Below, one piece after another: positions 33,855 through 46,994 of a stretch of DNA of 64,000 nucleotides. A program made the position numbers and the translations under genes. This DNA is from an uncultured Verrucomicrobiae bacterium (GTDB taxonomy: Bacteria; Verrucomicrobiota; Verrucomicrobiia; Chthoniobacterales; UBA10450). The notes below the pieces were generated by a model. It did no database searches and was not told where the DNA came from. It saw only the letters and a list, made by a program, of their open reading frames with translations. Location of the stretch: positions 155,286-219,285 of the forward strand of contig CAVSDR010000005.1 of assembly GCA_963726745.1 (NCBI GenBank), read 5' to 3'. Each line of letters begins with the position of its first letter. Within the stretch, counting starts at the first letter, position 1.

Positions 33855-35626
33855 GGCTTCGCTTCCGCGAGCTTGATCCCGAGGTCGCGCAGCTGACGGA
33901 GGTCGACCTCGCTCGGCGATTGCGACATCAAGTCTTGTCCGCGGTTGTTCTTCGGGAAGGCCATCACTTCGCGGATGGAATTTTCCCCGCAGATGAGCAT
34001 GACCATGCGGTCGACGCCGAAGGCAATGCCGCCATGTGGTGGCGCGCCCAGGCGGAAGGCCTTGAGCAGGTGGCCGAACATCAGCTCCTGCTCCTCGGCG
34101 CTGATCCCGAGCACGCCGAACATCTTTGCCTGCAAGTCGGGCTCGTGAATCCGAATGCTGCCGCCGCCGATCTCGACGCCATTCATGACCACGTCGTAAG
34201 CCTCGGCGCGGACTTCCGCGAACTTGCCCTCGTCGAGCAGCGCGAGGTCGTCCGGATGCGGCCGGGTAAAAGGATGATGCACCGCGCTCCAGCGCTGCTC
34301 TTCCGCGCTCCAGGCGAGGAGCGGGAACTCGGTTACCCAAAGAAAATCGAGCACCTCGGGACCGGGGATGACCCCGAGAATTTCGGCCGCGCGCAAGCGC
34401 AAACGGCCGAGCACTTCAGAGGCGACGTCCCATTTGTCGGCCGCGAAAAGGATCAGGTCGCCCTCGGCGATCTCCAGCTTCTCGGTCAACGCCTGCTTCT
34501 CCGCGTCTGTGAAAAATTTCACGATCGGCGACTTCCACTCGCCGTTTTCGACCTTGATGAAGGCGAGGCCTTTGGCCCCAAAGTTCTTCGCGATCGCAGT
34601 CAGCTCATCGATCTGGCCGATGGTAATGCTGGCAAAATTCTTCGCGTTGATCGCCTTCACCACTCCACCGGCGTCGAGCGTGCTCCGGAAAACCTTGAAG
34701 CTGCTCTCGCGGAAAGTGTCGCTAAAATCGACCAGCTTCATCCCGAAGCGGCGGTCGGGTTTGTCGCTCCCGTAAATGCCGACCGCCTCGCGATAGGAGA
34801 GCCGTTCGAATGGCGTTGCGATCTCGATCCCGCGGGCGTCGCGGAAGATGCGCGCCAGCATCCCCTCCGCGAGCGCATAGATGTCTTCCGGCCGGACGAA
34901 GGACGCCTCGACGTCGATCTGGGTGAATTCCGGCTGGCGATCGGCCCGCAGGTCTTCGTCGCGAAAACACTTCGCGATCTGAAAATACTTTTCGATCCCG
35001 CCAACCATGAGCAGCTGCTTGTATTGCTGCGGCGCCTGCGGGAGCGCGTAGAACTTCCCGGGCGCGAGCCGGCTCGGGACCAGGAAATCGCGCGCGCCTT
35101 CCGGCGTGCTCTTCGAAAGGATCGGCGTTTCCACTTCCACGAAGCCCTCTTCGTCGAAGTAATCGCGCGTCGCCTTCATCACCCGATGACGCGTGCGCAG
35201 ATTGCGCGACATCTGCGGGCGGCGGAGATCGAAATAGCGATGGCTCAGGCGCAGGTCTTCATTCGCCGACTCGGCGTCGATCGGGAACGGGAGCACGTCC
35301 GCGCGGTTCAGGATCGTGAGCGTGTCGGGTAAAATCTCGATCTCGCCCGTCTCCAGTTTTGGGTTCTCCGTGCCGGCGAGACGCTGCGAGACTTTGCCTT
35401 CTACTTGCACGACGTCCTCGTGCCGGAGCGTGTGCGCGAGCTTGGCGGCCTCGGCATTTTCCTCCGGGCGAAAGACCACCTGGGTGAGCCCTTCGCGATC
35501 GCGGAGATCAATGAAAACCACGCCGCCGTGATCGCGGCGCACGTGCACCCAGCCGGCGAGTTTAACCGTCTGGCCGATGTCCGCCGCGCGCAGGGCGGCG
35601 CAATGATGGGTGCGATAGAAACTCAT
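33851..35626 (-). CDS. aspS: Aspartate--tRNA ligase
   Basis: RRDHGG, TPEGARDF, FRDEDLRADRQPEFTQ, GAPPHGG. Confidence 0.98.
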   Translation of the reverse strand: MSFYRTHHCAALRAADIGQTVKLAGWVHVRRDHGGVVFIDLRDREGLTQVVFRPEENAEAAKLAHTLRHEDVVQVEGKVSQRLAGTENPKLETGEIEILPDTLTILNRADVLPFPIDAESANEDLRLSHRYFDLRRPQMSRNLRTRHRVMKATRDYFDEEGFVEVETPILSKSTPEGARDFLVPSRLAPGKFYALPQAPQQYKQLLMVGGIEKYFQIAKCFRDEDLRADRQPEFTQIDVEASFVRPEDIYALAEGMLARIFRDARGIEIATPFERLSYREAVGIYGSDKPDRRFGMKLVDFSDTFRESSFKVFRSTLDAGGVVKAINAKNFASITIGQIDELTAIAKNFGAKGLAFIKVENGEWKSPIVKFFTDAEKQALTEKLEIAEGDLILFAADKWDVASEVLGRLRLRAAEILGVIPGPEVLDFLWVTEFPLLAWSAEEQRWSAVHHPFTRPHPDDLALLDEGKFAEVRAEAYDVVMNGVEIGGGSIRIHEPDLQAKMFGVLGISAEEQELMFGHLLKAFRLGAPPHGGIAFGVDRMVMLICGENSIREVMAFPKNNRGQDLMSQSPSEVDLRQLRDLGIKLAEAKP

Positions 35627-35648
35627 GTCGGAGGGGTGCCAAGCTGAA

Positions 35649-36881
35649 TTATTGCGCGAGATGCGCAAGCAACTCTTCCGGCGCGAGCAGGGTCTCCTCG
35701 CGGCTGGCGAGATGCTTCACTTTCACCTGCGGCCACTCGTCGCCGAAGAGCACGGCGTGTTTCGCGCCGAGATGCTCCGCGGTTTGGAATTGTTTGCCGA
35801 CTTTCGCGGCCGCGAGCGGGTAGTCGGCTTTCAAGCCACGGTCGCGCAAGCGCTGGAGTTCGCGCATGGCATCGGCGCGGCGCTCTTCCTTGGCGATGAC
35901 CAAATAGACATCGAGTTGGCGCTCGCGCTGGAGCGCCGCTTCCATGCGTGCGCGCGCGCCGTCGTGATTTTGAATCAAGTCGCCGAGGACGACGTCGCCC
36001 ATGGCAAAGCCGAGCGCCGGCATCGCAGCCGCGCCGTCGCTCAGGTGCGCCACGAGATTGTCGTAACGCCCTCCGCCCGCGATCGCGCGAAGCTTGCCGC
36101 TGCGATCGAAAGCCTCGAAGACCACCCCGGTGTAATAAGCCAGGCCGCGGACAATCCGGAGATCGACCTTGGCGAAATCAGCCAGCCCTCTGTGCGCGAG
36201 GCCGGCCATGAGCGCGTCGAGTTTTTCGCTCTGGCCGCCGCCGTCGAGAATCTCGATCACCGGCCCGGCGAGATCGCCCAGGCGCGCAGCGGTTTTCTCG
36301 CGCGGCTCGCGTTCGCTCTTGTCGATCACTTCCAGAACTTGCTGCCAATTTTCCTGCGGCACGTTTTGCGCGCGCAGGAAATCGAGCCAAAACTCGCGGT
36401 CGCTGATCCGCAGGACGACGTCATCTGCGGTGAAACCAAAGGCCCGCAGGAGATCGATGCAGACCGCGATGACCTCGATCTCGGCCTCGAGCCCGGCCTC
36501 GCCGAGGAGGTCGCAGTTGAATTGAAAATGTTCACGCAAACGCCCGCGCTGCTGCTTTTCGTAGCGGAAACATTGCGGGATCGCGAACCACTTCAGCGGC
36601 TTCTTGAATTGGCGCTCGTTTGCGGCCACCACCCGGGCAAGCGTGGGCGTGAGCTCGGGGCGCATCGCCACTTCGCGCTCGCCTTTATCCACGAAGTTAA
36701 AGAGCTGGCCCACGATTTCCGGGCCGCTTTTCTTGCGGTAAAGCTCGGTCGGCTCGAGCACCGGCCCGTCCCACTCGAGGAAGCCGTAACGGCGCGCGAC
36801 CTCGCGCCATTGGGCGAAGATGTAGTTCCGAACGGCACAGTCGGCCGGGAGAAAATCGCGAAAACCAGGGAGGGCTTGCAT
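35649..36881 (-). CDS. hisS: Histidine--tRNA ligase
   Basis: RPELT, FRYEKQQRGRLREHFQ, VRGLAYYTG, GGGRYD. Confidence 0.97.
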   Translation of the reverse strand: MQALPGFRDFLPADCAVRNYIFAQWREVARRYGFLEWDGPVLEPTELYRKKSGPEIVGQLFNFVDKGEREVAMRPELTPTLARVVAANERQFKKPLKWFAIPQCFRYEKQQRGRLREHFQFNCDLLGEAGLEAEIEVIAVCIDLLRAFGFTADDVVLRISDREFWLDFLRAQNVPQENWQQVLEVIDKSEREPREKTAARLGDLAGPVIEILDGGGQSEKLDALMAGLAHRGLADFAKVDLRIVRGLAYYTGVVFEAFDRSGKLRAIAGGGRYDNLVAHLSDGAAAMPALGFAMGDVVLGDLIQNHDGARARMEAALQRERQLDVYLVIAKEERRADAMRELQRLRDRGLKADYPLAAAKVGKQFQTAEHLGAKHAVLFGDEWPQVKVKHLASREETLLAPEELLAHLAQ

Positions 36882-37019
36882 CACCGGGAAAAGGGGGCGG
36901 GAGACGACCGAAAGCGCGGACGAGCCCGAAGAAGGGTTGTCGATTGAATAATGTCCGGCTTGGAACAGTCGGATATTGGCACGCGGAACCATCCGTTTAA
37001 CCAAACCAAAGGACAACAC

Positions 37020-37541
37020 ATGAAAGACAACAGATTGAAATTACTCGCCATCGGCGCCGTTAGCGCCCTGGCCCTCAGCACGAGCTTCGCACAGGTCACG
37101 ACGACCCAGGAAACGACCACCGGCACGACCGGTGCAGGCGTTGGCGTGGGCGCAGGTGTGAGCACGACCGGAGCCGGCGTAGGCGTCTCCACGACCACGG
37201 CGGGCACCACGGGCGTGAGCTCGTCGTCCACCACGACCTCCACCAGCAACCTGGACGGCACGGGCACGATCACGACCTATTCGCCTGGCTCGGACTACAT
37301 CAGCGTGCGCACGGAATCGAGCAGCGCCCCGGTGAAATACTACACCACCAAACAGACCACGGTGGTCGACTCTGCCGGCGCTCCGGTTGACATGTCCCTG
37401 CTCCGCTCGGACCTGCCGGTGAAGTACACCTACGTGAAGCAGGGCGATCGCATGGTCGTCTCGAAGATCACGGTGCAGAAGCCGGTCGCTCAGATCAAAA
37501 CTGAGGAGACCACGACCACGACGACCACGAGCCACAAGTAA
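37020..37541 (+). CDS. Secreted Thr/Gly-rich low-complexity protein
   Basis: Signal peptide ending SFA|Q, poly-Thr tracts, strong codon bias, own terminator. Confidence 0.8.
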   Translation: MKDNRLKLLAIGAVSALALSTSFAQVTTTQETTTGTTGAGVGVGAGVSTTGAGVGVSTTTAGTTGVSSSSTTTSTSNLDGTGTITTYSPGSDYISVRTESSSAPVKYYTTKQTTVVDSAGAPVDMSLLRSDLPVKYTYVKQGDRMVVSKITVQKPVAQIKTEETTTTTTTSHK

Positions 37542-37570
37542 GAAGCTCGGTTGATTCGTTAGTTTACTCC

Positions 37571-37613
37571 GCAGCGCCCGTGGAACGTGTTTCCGCGGGC
37601 GCTGCTTTTTTTT
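37571..37613 (+). terminator. Rho-independent terminator
   Basis: GCAGCGCCCGTGGAA / TTCCGCGGGCGCTGC stem followed by T8. Confidence 0.9.
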
Positions 37614-37642
37614 CCGCAGCCGCGAAAAATAGCCAGCGACTT

Positions 37643-38614
37643 CTAGTCGCCGTAGCCGTCCGGAAACTGCTGATGCCACTTCCAGGCGCTGGCGATGATT
37701 GATTCCAGTTCCTGGTATTGCGGGGCCCAACCGAGCTCGCTTTTAATCTTCGCGGAAGCGGCGATCAAACGCGGCGGATCGCCCGGGCGCCGCGGCTTTT
37801 CAACTACCGGAATTCCGTGGCCGGTGATCGCGCGGCACGTCTCGATGACCTCGCGCACGCTCGAGCCGCCGCCAGTCCCGAGATTGTAAAACTCACTCTT
37901 CTCCGCGCCGAGCGCGAGGATGTGCGCGCGCGAAAGATCAAGGATGTGGATGTAGTCGCGAATGCAGGTGCCATCGGGCGTCTCGTAATCCGTCCCGTAG
38001 ATCTCCACGTTTTCCCGCTGGCCGAGCGCGACCTTAAGGATGTTTGGGATCAGGTGCGTCTCGACGCGGTGGTCCTCCCCAAATTTAGCCGACGCGCCGG
38101 CGGCGTTGAAGTAGCGCAGGGCCACGAAGCGCAACCCGTGAATCTCGTCGTACCAACGCAGGATGCGCTCGAAGGCGAGCTTCGATTCGCCGTAGGGATT
38201 GATCGGCCGCTGCGGGAGCGTTTCATCGATCGGCACCCGCTCGGGCGGGCCGAAAGTGGCGCAGGTGGAAGAAAAAACCAGCCGCTTCACCCCCGCCGCG
38301 ACCATCGCGTCCAGCAGGTTCACGCCGTTGGCCACGTTATTCCGAAAATACTTTGACGGGTTCACCATCGACTCGCCCACGAGCGCGTTCGCGGCGAAAT
38401 GCATCACCGCATCCGGTTGCAAACGCTGGAGGGTTTTCTCGGTGAATTCCCGATCGCCGAGGTCGCCCTCGACAAACTCCGCGCGCGGATCGATCGCGCG
38501 GCGGTGGCCTTCGGTCAGGTTGTCGAAAATCGCGACCGCGTGGCCTTCGTCGAGCAGCAGCTCGGAGCAAATGCTCCCGATGTATCCCGCGCCGCCGACG
38601 ACCAGGATCTTCAT
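37643..38614 (-). CDS. galE: UDP-glucose 4-epimerase
   Basis: GGAGYIGS, YGESK, LRYFNAAGA, DGTCIRDYIH. Confidence 0.96.
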   Translation of the reverse strand: MKILVVGGAGYIGSICSELLLDEGHAVAIFDNLTEGHRRAIDPRAEFVEGDLGDREFTEKTLQRLQPDAVMHFAANALVGESMVNPSKYFRNNVANGVNLLDAMVAAGVKRLVFSSTCATFGPPERVPIDETLPQRPINPYGESKLAFERILRWYDEIHGLRFVALRYFNAAGASAKFGEDHRVETHLIPNILKVALGQRENVEIYGTDYETPDGTCIRDYIHILDLSRAHILALGAEKSEFYNLGTGGGSSVREVIETCRAITGHGIPVVEKPRRPGDPPRLIAASAKIKSELGWAPQYQELESIIASAWKWHQQFPDGYGD

Positions 38615-39111
38615 CGCGCGCCGGGTTGAATCTGCTGCTTCTTTTCCAGGCCGGCGATCATCCGGCGGACGCGCGCGACTTTGCTCCGCGGGCGCAAAAC
38701 TTTCAGGCTGTCGAGGTCTGAGCCCCAGTGAATGATCTCGATGTCTTCATGGCGCACGCCCCAGCGATGCATCTCCAGGCGGCTCGGCTTGTAGAGGTCG
38801 ATCGTATTCGTCCCGACGAGCGCGCCGCCGTAGTCGTCGATCACGTATTCGTCGCCGGTGGAGAGGACGCGGAAGCGGGTCCCGAGCGGGAAGACCGACC
38901 AATCAGAGGCCGCGCTTTTGAGCCGGCCGCCGGAAAGGCGCTGACCGGTGGCGTTGCGGCCGCCGGTGCCTTCGCTGTGGGTGTAGGCGGTGGTGCGGAC
39001 TTTCTTGAGGCTGGTGCGTTGGCCCGTGCTGGAGACCGGCGCAGTTTGCGTGGCGCAACTTGCCAGCAGCGCCGCCAGAGCGAGGATGAGGGGGAATTTT
39101 AGAAGATGCAC
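38611..39111 (-). CDS. 3D-domain lipoprotein
   Basis: LLAS|C lipobox, TTAY, AASDWSVFPLGT, DDYGG, IDLY. Confidence 0.8.
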   Translation of the reverse strand: MHLLKFPLILALAALLASCATQTAPVSSTGQRTSLKKVRTTAYTHSEGTGGRNATGQRLSGGRLKSAASDWSVFPLGTRFRVLSTGDEYVIDDYGGALVGTNTIDLYKPSRLEMHRWGVRHEDIEIIHWGSDLDSLKVLRPRSKVARVRRMIAGLEKKQQIQPGAR

Positions 39112-39177
39112 GAAGTCGCCCCGATACCTGCCCAGCCACCCCGGCGCAAGCTTTAATCCCGCCCCGCTCGCGCCTGC

Positions 39178-39879
39178 ATGCCCGCCCTTTTGCCTCACCA
39201 AACGCTCGTTGCTCCCGGGATTTTGCTCGACGGCCGCCTGGCGCTTTTCCATCAAACGCAACGCTGGCTGGCGGTGGCCGATCTCCACTTTGGCTTCGAG
39301 CTGAGCCAGCGCGCGGCGGGCCGAATGATGCCGATGTGGGGCATGGCCACGGTGGAAGAGCGGCTGGGGGAATTGCTCGCGAGCTACCGACCGGAGCGGC
39401 TCGTGATCGTAGGCGACCTGGTGCACGACCACGCCGCCGCGCAGGCGGCGGCGGCGCTGCTCGAGCGGTTGCGGACGCAGTGCGAGGTCATCGTGCTCGC
39501 GGGCAACCACGACCGCCGCCTCGCGCGCACCATTCCGCTGCTTGATTCCTGGAGCGCAGACGGCTTCTTTTTTCATCATGGCCACTGCGTCGCGGAGGCG
39601 GGCGACGCGATCCAGATCATCGGGCACCATCATCCCGCGGGCACGGTGCACGACGGCGCGGGACTGCGGCTGAAGCTCCCGGCCTTCGTGCAACAGAATG
39701 GCTGCTGGATTTTGCCAGCATTCTCGCCTTGGGCGGGGGGTGTCACCTGGCCCGCCGATGGCGAGAGCGTGATCTGGCTTTGTTCCCCGCGGCGCGTCTT
39801 TCAGGTGTTAGACGCTTCCCAGAGCAAAGTGTCGATACCGCCAACTCGATCGTGCAGTGTGGGCAGCGCGTCGTCTTGA
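39178..39879 (+). CDS. Metallophosphoesterase (ligase-associated PdeM-like)
   Basis: ADLHFG, GDLVH, GNHD, HHGH, GHHHP, LPAF. Confidence 0.85.
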   Translation: MPALLPHQTLVAPGILLDGRLALFHQTQRWLAVADLHFGFELSQRAAGRMMPMWGMATVEERLGELLASYRPERLVIVGDLVHDHAAAQAAAALLERLRTQCEVIVLAGNHDRRLARTIPLLDSWSADGFFFHHGHCVAEAGDAIQIIGHHHPAGTVHDGAGLRLKLPAFVQQNGCWILPAFSPWAGGVTWPADGESVIWLCSPRRVFQVLDASQSKVSIPPTRSCSVGSASS

Positions 39880-39964
39880 TCGGAATCGGTAGCGTGAAGA
39901 CGGCCGCCTCGCGGGTCGACGTCGAATTCCCGCGCCGGCCTTTTTGGGAAATTGCTCTCGTAGC

Positions 39965-41405
39965 TCAACCCAAAGATTCAGGCGTGCTCGGGAGAAGATT
40001 CTCCGTCTCCTGCAACGGCCGCGCTTCGCGCGCCTGGGCCTTAATCGTGGCCGCCTCGCTGTAGAGCCCCGCTTCCGCCTCCGTCGAGGTCGCCTCGGGT
40101 TCTCGCTCAGGCGATCCGCTTGGGGAGGCTTTCGTCGTCGACGCGCCTGACGTTTCCGCGGCCTTCGCCTCGAGCATGGTCACCGGAATGCCTTGCGGGA
40201 AAACGACCTCGCGCGCCTCATCCGGCATCGAGATGCCTTCATCCTGGTAGGCGCGCTTAACCAGCCGGATGAGCGAAGAGCGCACCTTTAGCCAACTGTA
40301 TTGGTGGCCATTGATCCAAAAATAAATGCGCAGGCTAATGGTGGCGTTGCCCAGGTTTTCGGCCAGCACCAGCGGCTCTGGATCTTTAAGAACTGCGGGA
40401 TGGCTTGTGAGCACGGCCCGCGCAATCTCCTGCGCTTCCTTGATCGAATCGTCGTAGCCGATCCCAACGACGAAATCCGACCGCCGGTTCGCGTTCGTGG
40501 TGAAGTTACAAAGGTTCGTCTTATAGACCGTCGCGTTGGGAATCTGCACGAGGTTGCCATCGAGCGTCATCAGGATGGTCGTGCGCACGTTGAGCTGCTG
40601 CACGTAACCGGTCACGCCGGAAATCTCGACCAGATCGCCCACCGCGAAGGGGCGCTGCATACTGAGAAAAATGCTCGCGAGAAAATTCTCCGTGATATCG
40701 CGAAAAGCGATGCCTACCGCCAGGCCGAGCAGTCCGGTGCCGCCCACGACGGTCATGGCCAGCCGGGTCAAGCCCGAGACCCGGAGCACGATGTAGATGC
40801 CAAAAAGAAAAACCAAAGCGCCAATGCCTCCCGCAATGACGCTGCGGAGCAGCTTGGCCTGGACGCGCCGGTGGAGAAAACTGCGCGCGCCCCGCGTCGC
40901 GAGGAACGCGGCGATAATGGACACGATTAAAATGACGAGCCCAAAACCGAGGAAGGGAAGCGAGCGAACAAAGTCCCGCCAAAGGACCCAAAGCCCAGCC
41001 AGCGCCGGGCTAAAGTCCCACATGGACGGGACGGCCACCTCCATCCGGTTCACCACGGCGACGACATCCTGGGTGTTGCCCGCGAGATCGCCGGCCCACT
41101 TCTTGCGCTGGGCGCTCGGCGCCTGGCCATCGAGGAAGACGACTCCTTCCTTCACCTGAACTTGCGGGGAAGTGAACCACCCGGTCGCATCCAGAACGTT
41201 CTGCAGCCGCCCGCGAATCTCCTCATCCTGCGCGACAGGCTTCACGTCCACCTTCGCCGGAGCCGCGGAGAGAGCGGGCGAATCCGAAGGCATGACTCCC
41301 GGGCCACTGCTCGTGCTGGAGGGAAGTCTGGGCAGAGACCCTCCCGACCAGCGAAATGGCGCAGGAGAGCAGGACGAAAAGCGCAGTTCGCGCCGGCAAT
41401 TTCAC
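39965..41405 (-). CDS. BON-domain mechanosensitive channel of the MscS family (frameshift near 41300)
   Basis: Signal peptide in the 41223-41405 frame; BON domain; GIAFRDITENF, RPFAVGD, IPNA. Confidence 0.88.
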
Positions 41406-41453
41406 CTCAATGTTTCAGCGAGATTTCGTTTTCGCGCTTCCGCTCTGGAAACC

Positions 41454-41663
41454 TTAACTGGACGACGAGGTCCGCCGCCCATCCGGCTCTTTCGCGACGC
41501 CCTTGAATGGTTTGCCGTCCTTTTTCACGGCCATGAACTCCCCCGTCTTGCTGCTCTCTTTGTTCTCGTTCCGCTTCACGTAATCGCCCGTCTGCGGATT
41601 TTTCACCTGGGTGCGGTCGGTGACGGAGCCTTCGCGCGATCCTTTGCCTGTATTCTTTGCCAT
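41454..41663 (-). CDS. Small basic hypothetical protein
   Basis: 69 aa MAKNTGKGSREGSV..RTQ..NP..G.YVKR...GEFMAVK..GKPFKGV, co-oriented between mscL and the MscS gene. Confidence 0.75.
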   Translation of the reverse strand: MAKNTGKGSREGSVTDRTQVKNPQTGDYVKRNENKESSKTGEFMAVKKDGKPFKGVAKEPDGRRTSSSS

Positions 41664-41716
41664 GGTTTTTTAGCCAACACGCTCCACCCAACTGACCCGA
41701 AAGGCCTGCTCGCGGT

Positions 41717-42169
41717 CTAGGCCCGTGACAGGTCGCTCGTGCAAAGCGGGCAGCGCGTCGCCTTGATCGGGATGCTTGAGGCGCAGAACGGGCAATCTTT
41801 CACCACCGGGTCCGATTTCGGCGTGGGCTTTTTCATTTTGTTGAGCGCTCGGATGACCAGGAAGATGCAGAAAGCCACGATCAGGAAGTTGATCACCAGA
41901 GTGACAAAGTTCCCGTAGTTCCAGGTGATCGCGCCTGCCTTGACCGCCTCGGCCGGAGTTTGGAAAGGTCCACCGCCCTGGGTCGCTTCGCGCAGGATGA
42001 GGAACTTGTTCGAAAAATCCAGTCCGCCAGTGAGGAGGCTGATGGGCGGCATCAGGATGTCTTTGACCAAGGAGGTCACGATGGAGCCGAAAGCGGCGCC
42101 GATGATCACACCGACCGCCAGGTCGATCGCGTTCCCTTTGACTGCGAATTCTTTGAATTCTTTGAACAT
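41717..42169 (-). CDS. mscL: Large-conductance mechanosensitive channel with C-terminal CxxC-CxxC
   Basis: [38 protein letters not shown]...CPLC. Confidence 0.96.
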   Translation of the reverse strand: MFKEFKEFAVKGNAIDLAVGVIIGAAFGSIVTSLVKDILMPPISLLTGGLDFSNKFLILREATQGGGPFQTPAEAVKAGAITWNYGNFVTLVINFLIVAFCIFLVIRALNKMKKPTPKSDPVVKDCPFCASSIPIKATRCPLCTSDLSRA

Positions 42170-42183
42170 GGCGGCCAGTCTCA

Positions 42184-44739
<2,556 letters not shown>

Positions 44740-44822
44740 GGGAATCAGGTAGACAGGATTAACAGGAATCGGAGGATTGTCGCAGGCGCAGTCGGAAATA
44801 ATTCCGGGCGCCAAAGCACCCG

Positions 44823-45417
44823 ATGCCGCTCTCTCTTCTCCTGGCCACGCGCAATCGCCACAAGACCGAGGAGTTCGCCGCGCTCCTCGGCCCGGACTTC
44901 GCAGTGCGCGATGTCGCCGGTCGAACCGACCTGCCGGAGGTCGAGGAAACTGGCAGCACTTTCGAGGAAAACGCGCGCCTGAAAGCGCTGGCAATTTCCC
45001 GGCTAACGAGTGGTTGGGTGGTGGCGGATGATTCCGGTTTGGAGGTCGCGGCGCTCGGCGGTGCGCCGGGAGTTCGCTCCGCGCGCTATGCCGGAACCGG
45101 CGCGAGCGATGCGGAGAACTGCGCCAAGCTGCTGGCGGAGCTCGGGCCGGAAACACGATCGCGCGGCGCAATTCCGCTGCGTCCTCGCGGTCAGCCGGGG
45201 CGACAAAGTGCTGGCTATTTTCGAAGGCTCGGTGGCCGGGCGGATCGCTGCGCAGGCGCAGGGCGAGGCGGGTTTCGGCTACGATCCGATCTTTGTGCCC
45301 GAGGGATACCAGGCTTCCTTCGCGGAGCTTGGCGGGGCGGTGAAGCATCGCCTGAGTCACCGCGCGCGCGCCGTGGCGCAGCTGCGCGATTTTCTCAGGA
45401 GACAGCCAGCAACCTGA
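44823..45417 (+). CDS. rdgB: Non-canonical purine NTP pyrophosphatase (frameshift near 45150)
   Basis: [31 protein letters not shown]. Confidence 0.93.
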
Positions 45418-45423
45418 CGCCGC

Positions 45424-45873
45424 TTAGGGCGCCGGGATGGTGCCGGGCGCACCGGTTTGCGCAGCGGTCTTGATCTGGTAGCCGATTTTGTCGATCCCGG
45501 AGGAGCGGATTTTATCGAGCACGGTGATCACGTCGCCGTGGAGGGCGTTTTGCTCGGCACTGAGCGAAACCTTGACCGCCGGGTTGGCCTTATGCAGATC
45601 AAAAAGCCGCGGCAACACCTGGTCGTCGTTTACCAATTGGTTGTCGAAGTAAACCAGGTTGCCTTCGGTCACGCGGACGGACACGTAGTCTTTCTGCTGA
45701 TCGGGCGGCTGCGGAGCCGAGTTCGGGCTCGGCAAGTTCACGCGGATGCCTTTCATGTGCGTCTGGCTCAGGCTGACCATCATGAAGCTGGCCAGAAGGA
45801 AGAACATGATGTCGATCAAAGGGATGATCTCGATGCGGGCGTGCTTCTTCGGGATGGGAGATCGCATTCTCAT
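45424..45873 (-). CDS. exbD: ExbD/TolR protein
   Basis: [15 protein letters not shown]. Confidence 0.9.
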   Translation of the reverse strand: MRMRSPIPKKHARIEIIPLIDIMFFLLASFMMVSLSQTHMKGIRVNLPSPNSAPQPPDQQKDYVSVRVTEGNLVYFDNQLVNDDQVLPRLFDLHKANPAVKVSLSAEQNALHGDVITVLDKIRSSGIDKIGYQIKTAAQTGAPGTIPAP

Positions 45874-45891
45874 AGGGAAATTCTCCGTCCG

Positions 45892-46539
45892 TTAGAACTG
45901 CGCTCCGGTCATGGTGAAGGTGATCGGTGTCCGGACCTTCGAGACGGTGCCGGGCTTGAAGCGCCAGCGGCGGAATGCGCTCGTGGCGGCGTTATCCAGG
46001 ATTGGGCTGCCGGTGCTTTGAGCCATCTCCGCACTGGTGACCGCGCCCGAGGAAGTATCGACCGTCATGACGCAGACACCACTGCCTGTGATCTTCGAGC
46101 GGCGTGCCTCATACGGATACTCCGGGCGCGGCGCGCTCACGGCGACGGCCTTGGCGTTCGACATCGAGAGCGTGCCGGCAGGAGCGCCAGCCGGCTTCGG
46201 CCGGGAAATCGGCGCGATCGGTTTCGGAGGACGGTCACGCGGTTTCGGCGGAGGGGTCGGTTTTTCCTCGACGAATTCGGGCACCTCGGTCGGTTCCGGC
46301 GGAGCTTCCGTCGGCTCTGGTTCTTCCATTTCCGGTGGAGGCGTCGGCTCCGGCGCCGCTTGCTCGAAGCTCACTTCGGCGACGGCTTCGGGAATGGCTG
46401 CGAGGTCGACCGGCGGTTCTTCCTTGTGAATTCCGGCGATGACCGCGGCGAGAGCTTCGATCGCAAGCGCTCCGCCGATCGCGGCGACGACCTGCCAGCG
46501 CGGTGCGGGTTTATATAACAGTGGGCCTGGCTTATCCAT
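45892..46539 (-). CDS. tonB: Energy transducer TonB
   Basis: TM anchor, Pro/Glu-rich spacer, PEYPYEARR...WRFKP. Confidence 0.9.
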   Translation of the reverse strand: MDKPGPLLYKPAPRWQVVAAIGGALAIEALAAVIAGIHKEEPPVDLAAIPEAVAEVSFEQAAPEPTPPPEMEEPEPTEAPPEPTEVPEFVEEKPTPPPKPRDRPPKPIAPISRPKPAGAPAGTLSMSNAKAVAVSAPRPEYPYEARRSKITGSGVCVMTVDTSSGAVTSAEMAQSTGSPILDNAATSAFRRWRFKPGTVSKVRTPITFTMTGAQF

Positions 46540-46544
46540 ACGGA

Positions 46545-46982
46545 CTATTTCCCGGGCGAGGGCACGCCTTGGGAGGCGCGGCTCTTGATTTCAAAGGCAA
46601 TTTTGGTGAAGCCAGTCGACCGGATTTGGTCGAGCAGGCGGGTCACATTTCCATGGAGCGCCTCGGAGTCGCCGCGAATAAAGATCTTCGCGTCGGGCCG
46701 GGTGGCGTAGATCGGGCGGAGCTTGGCGGGCACGTCCTCGTAGTTGATCCGTTCCTTATCCCAATAGATGTAGCCGTCGCGATCGACCGAGAAGCTGACG
46801 TAATCTTTCTTCGATTGCGTCTGCCCGGAGCTGCCCACGGGCAGGGCCACCTTCATGCCTTTCATCGTCGTCTGGCTCAAGCTCACCATCATAAAAGAGG
46901 CGAGCAGGAAGAACATGATGTCGATGAGCGGAATGATCTCGATCCGCGCGTGCTTCTTGGGGATGGGCGATGAGACTTCCAT
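46545..46982 (-). CDS. exbD: ExbD/TolR protein
   Basis: [19 protein letters not shown]. Confidence 0.9.
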   Translation of the reverse strand: MEVSSPIPKKHARIEIIPLIDIMFFLLASFMMVSLSQTTMKGMKVALPVGSSGQTQSKKDYVSFSVDRDGYIYWDKERINYEDVPAKLRPIYATRPDAKIFIRGDSEALHGNVTRLLDQIRSTGFTKIAFEIKSRASQGVPSPGK

Positions 46983-46994
46983 GGGAGAACGCCC

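Noticed and set aside
32276..35332. Long overlapping or antisense ORFs (e.g. 481 and 535 aa)
   Set aside because: Shadow frames expected from GC-rich codon bias; no recognisable domains.
36976..36992. Sigma-54 promoter for the 37020 gene
   Set aside because: TGGCACG is present but the -12 GC is missing at the required spacing.
44740..45360. 200-aa N-terminal extension of LeuS
   Set aside because: It is the antisense of rdgB; LeuS homology begins at 44739.
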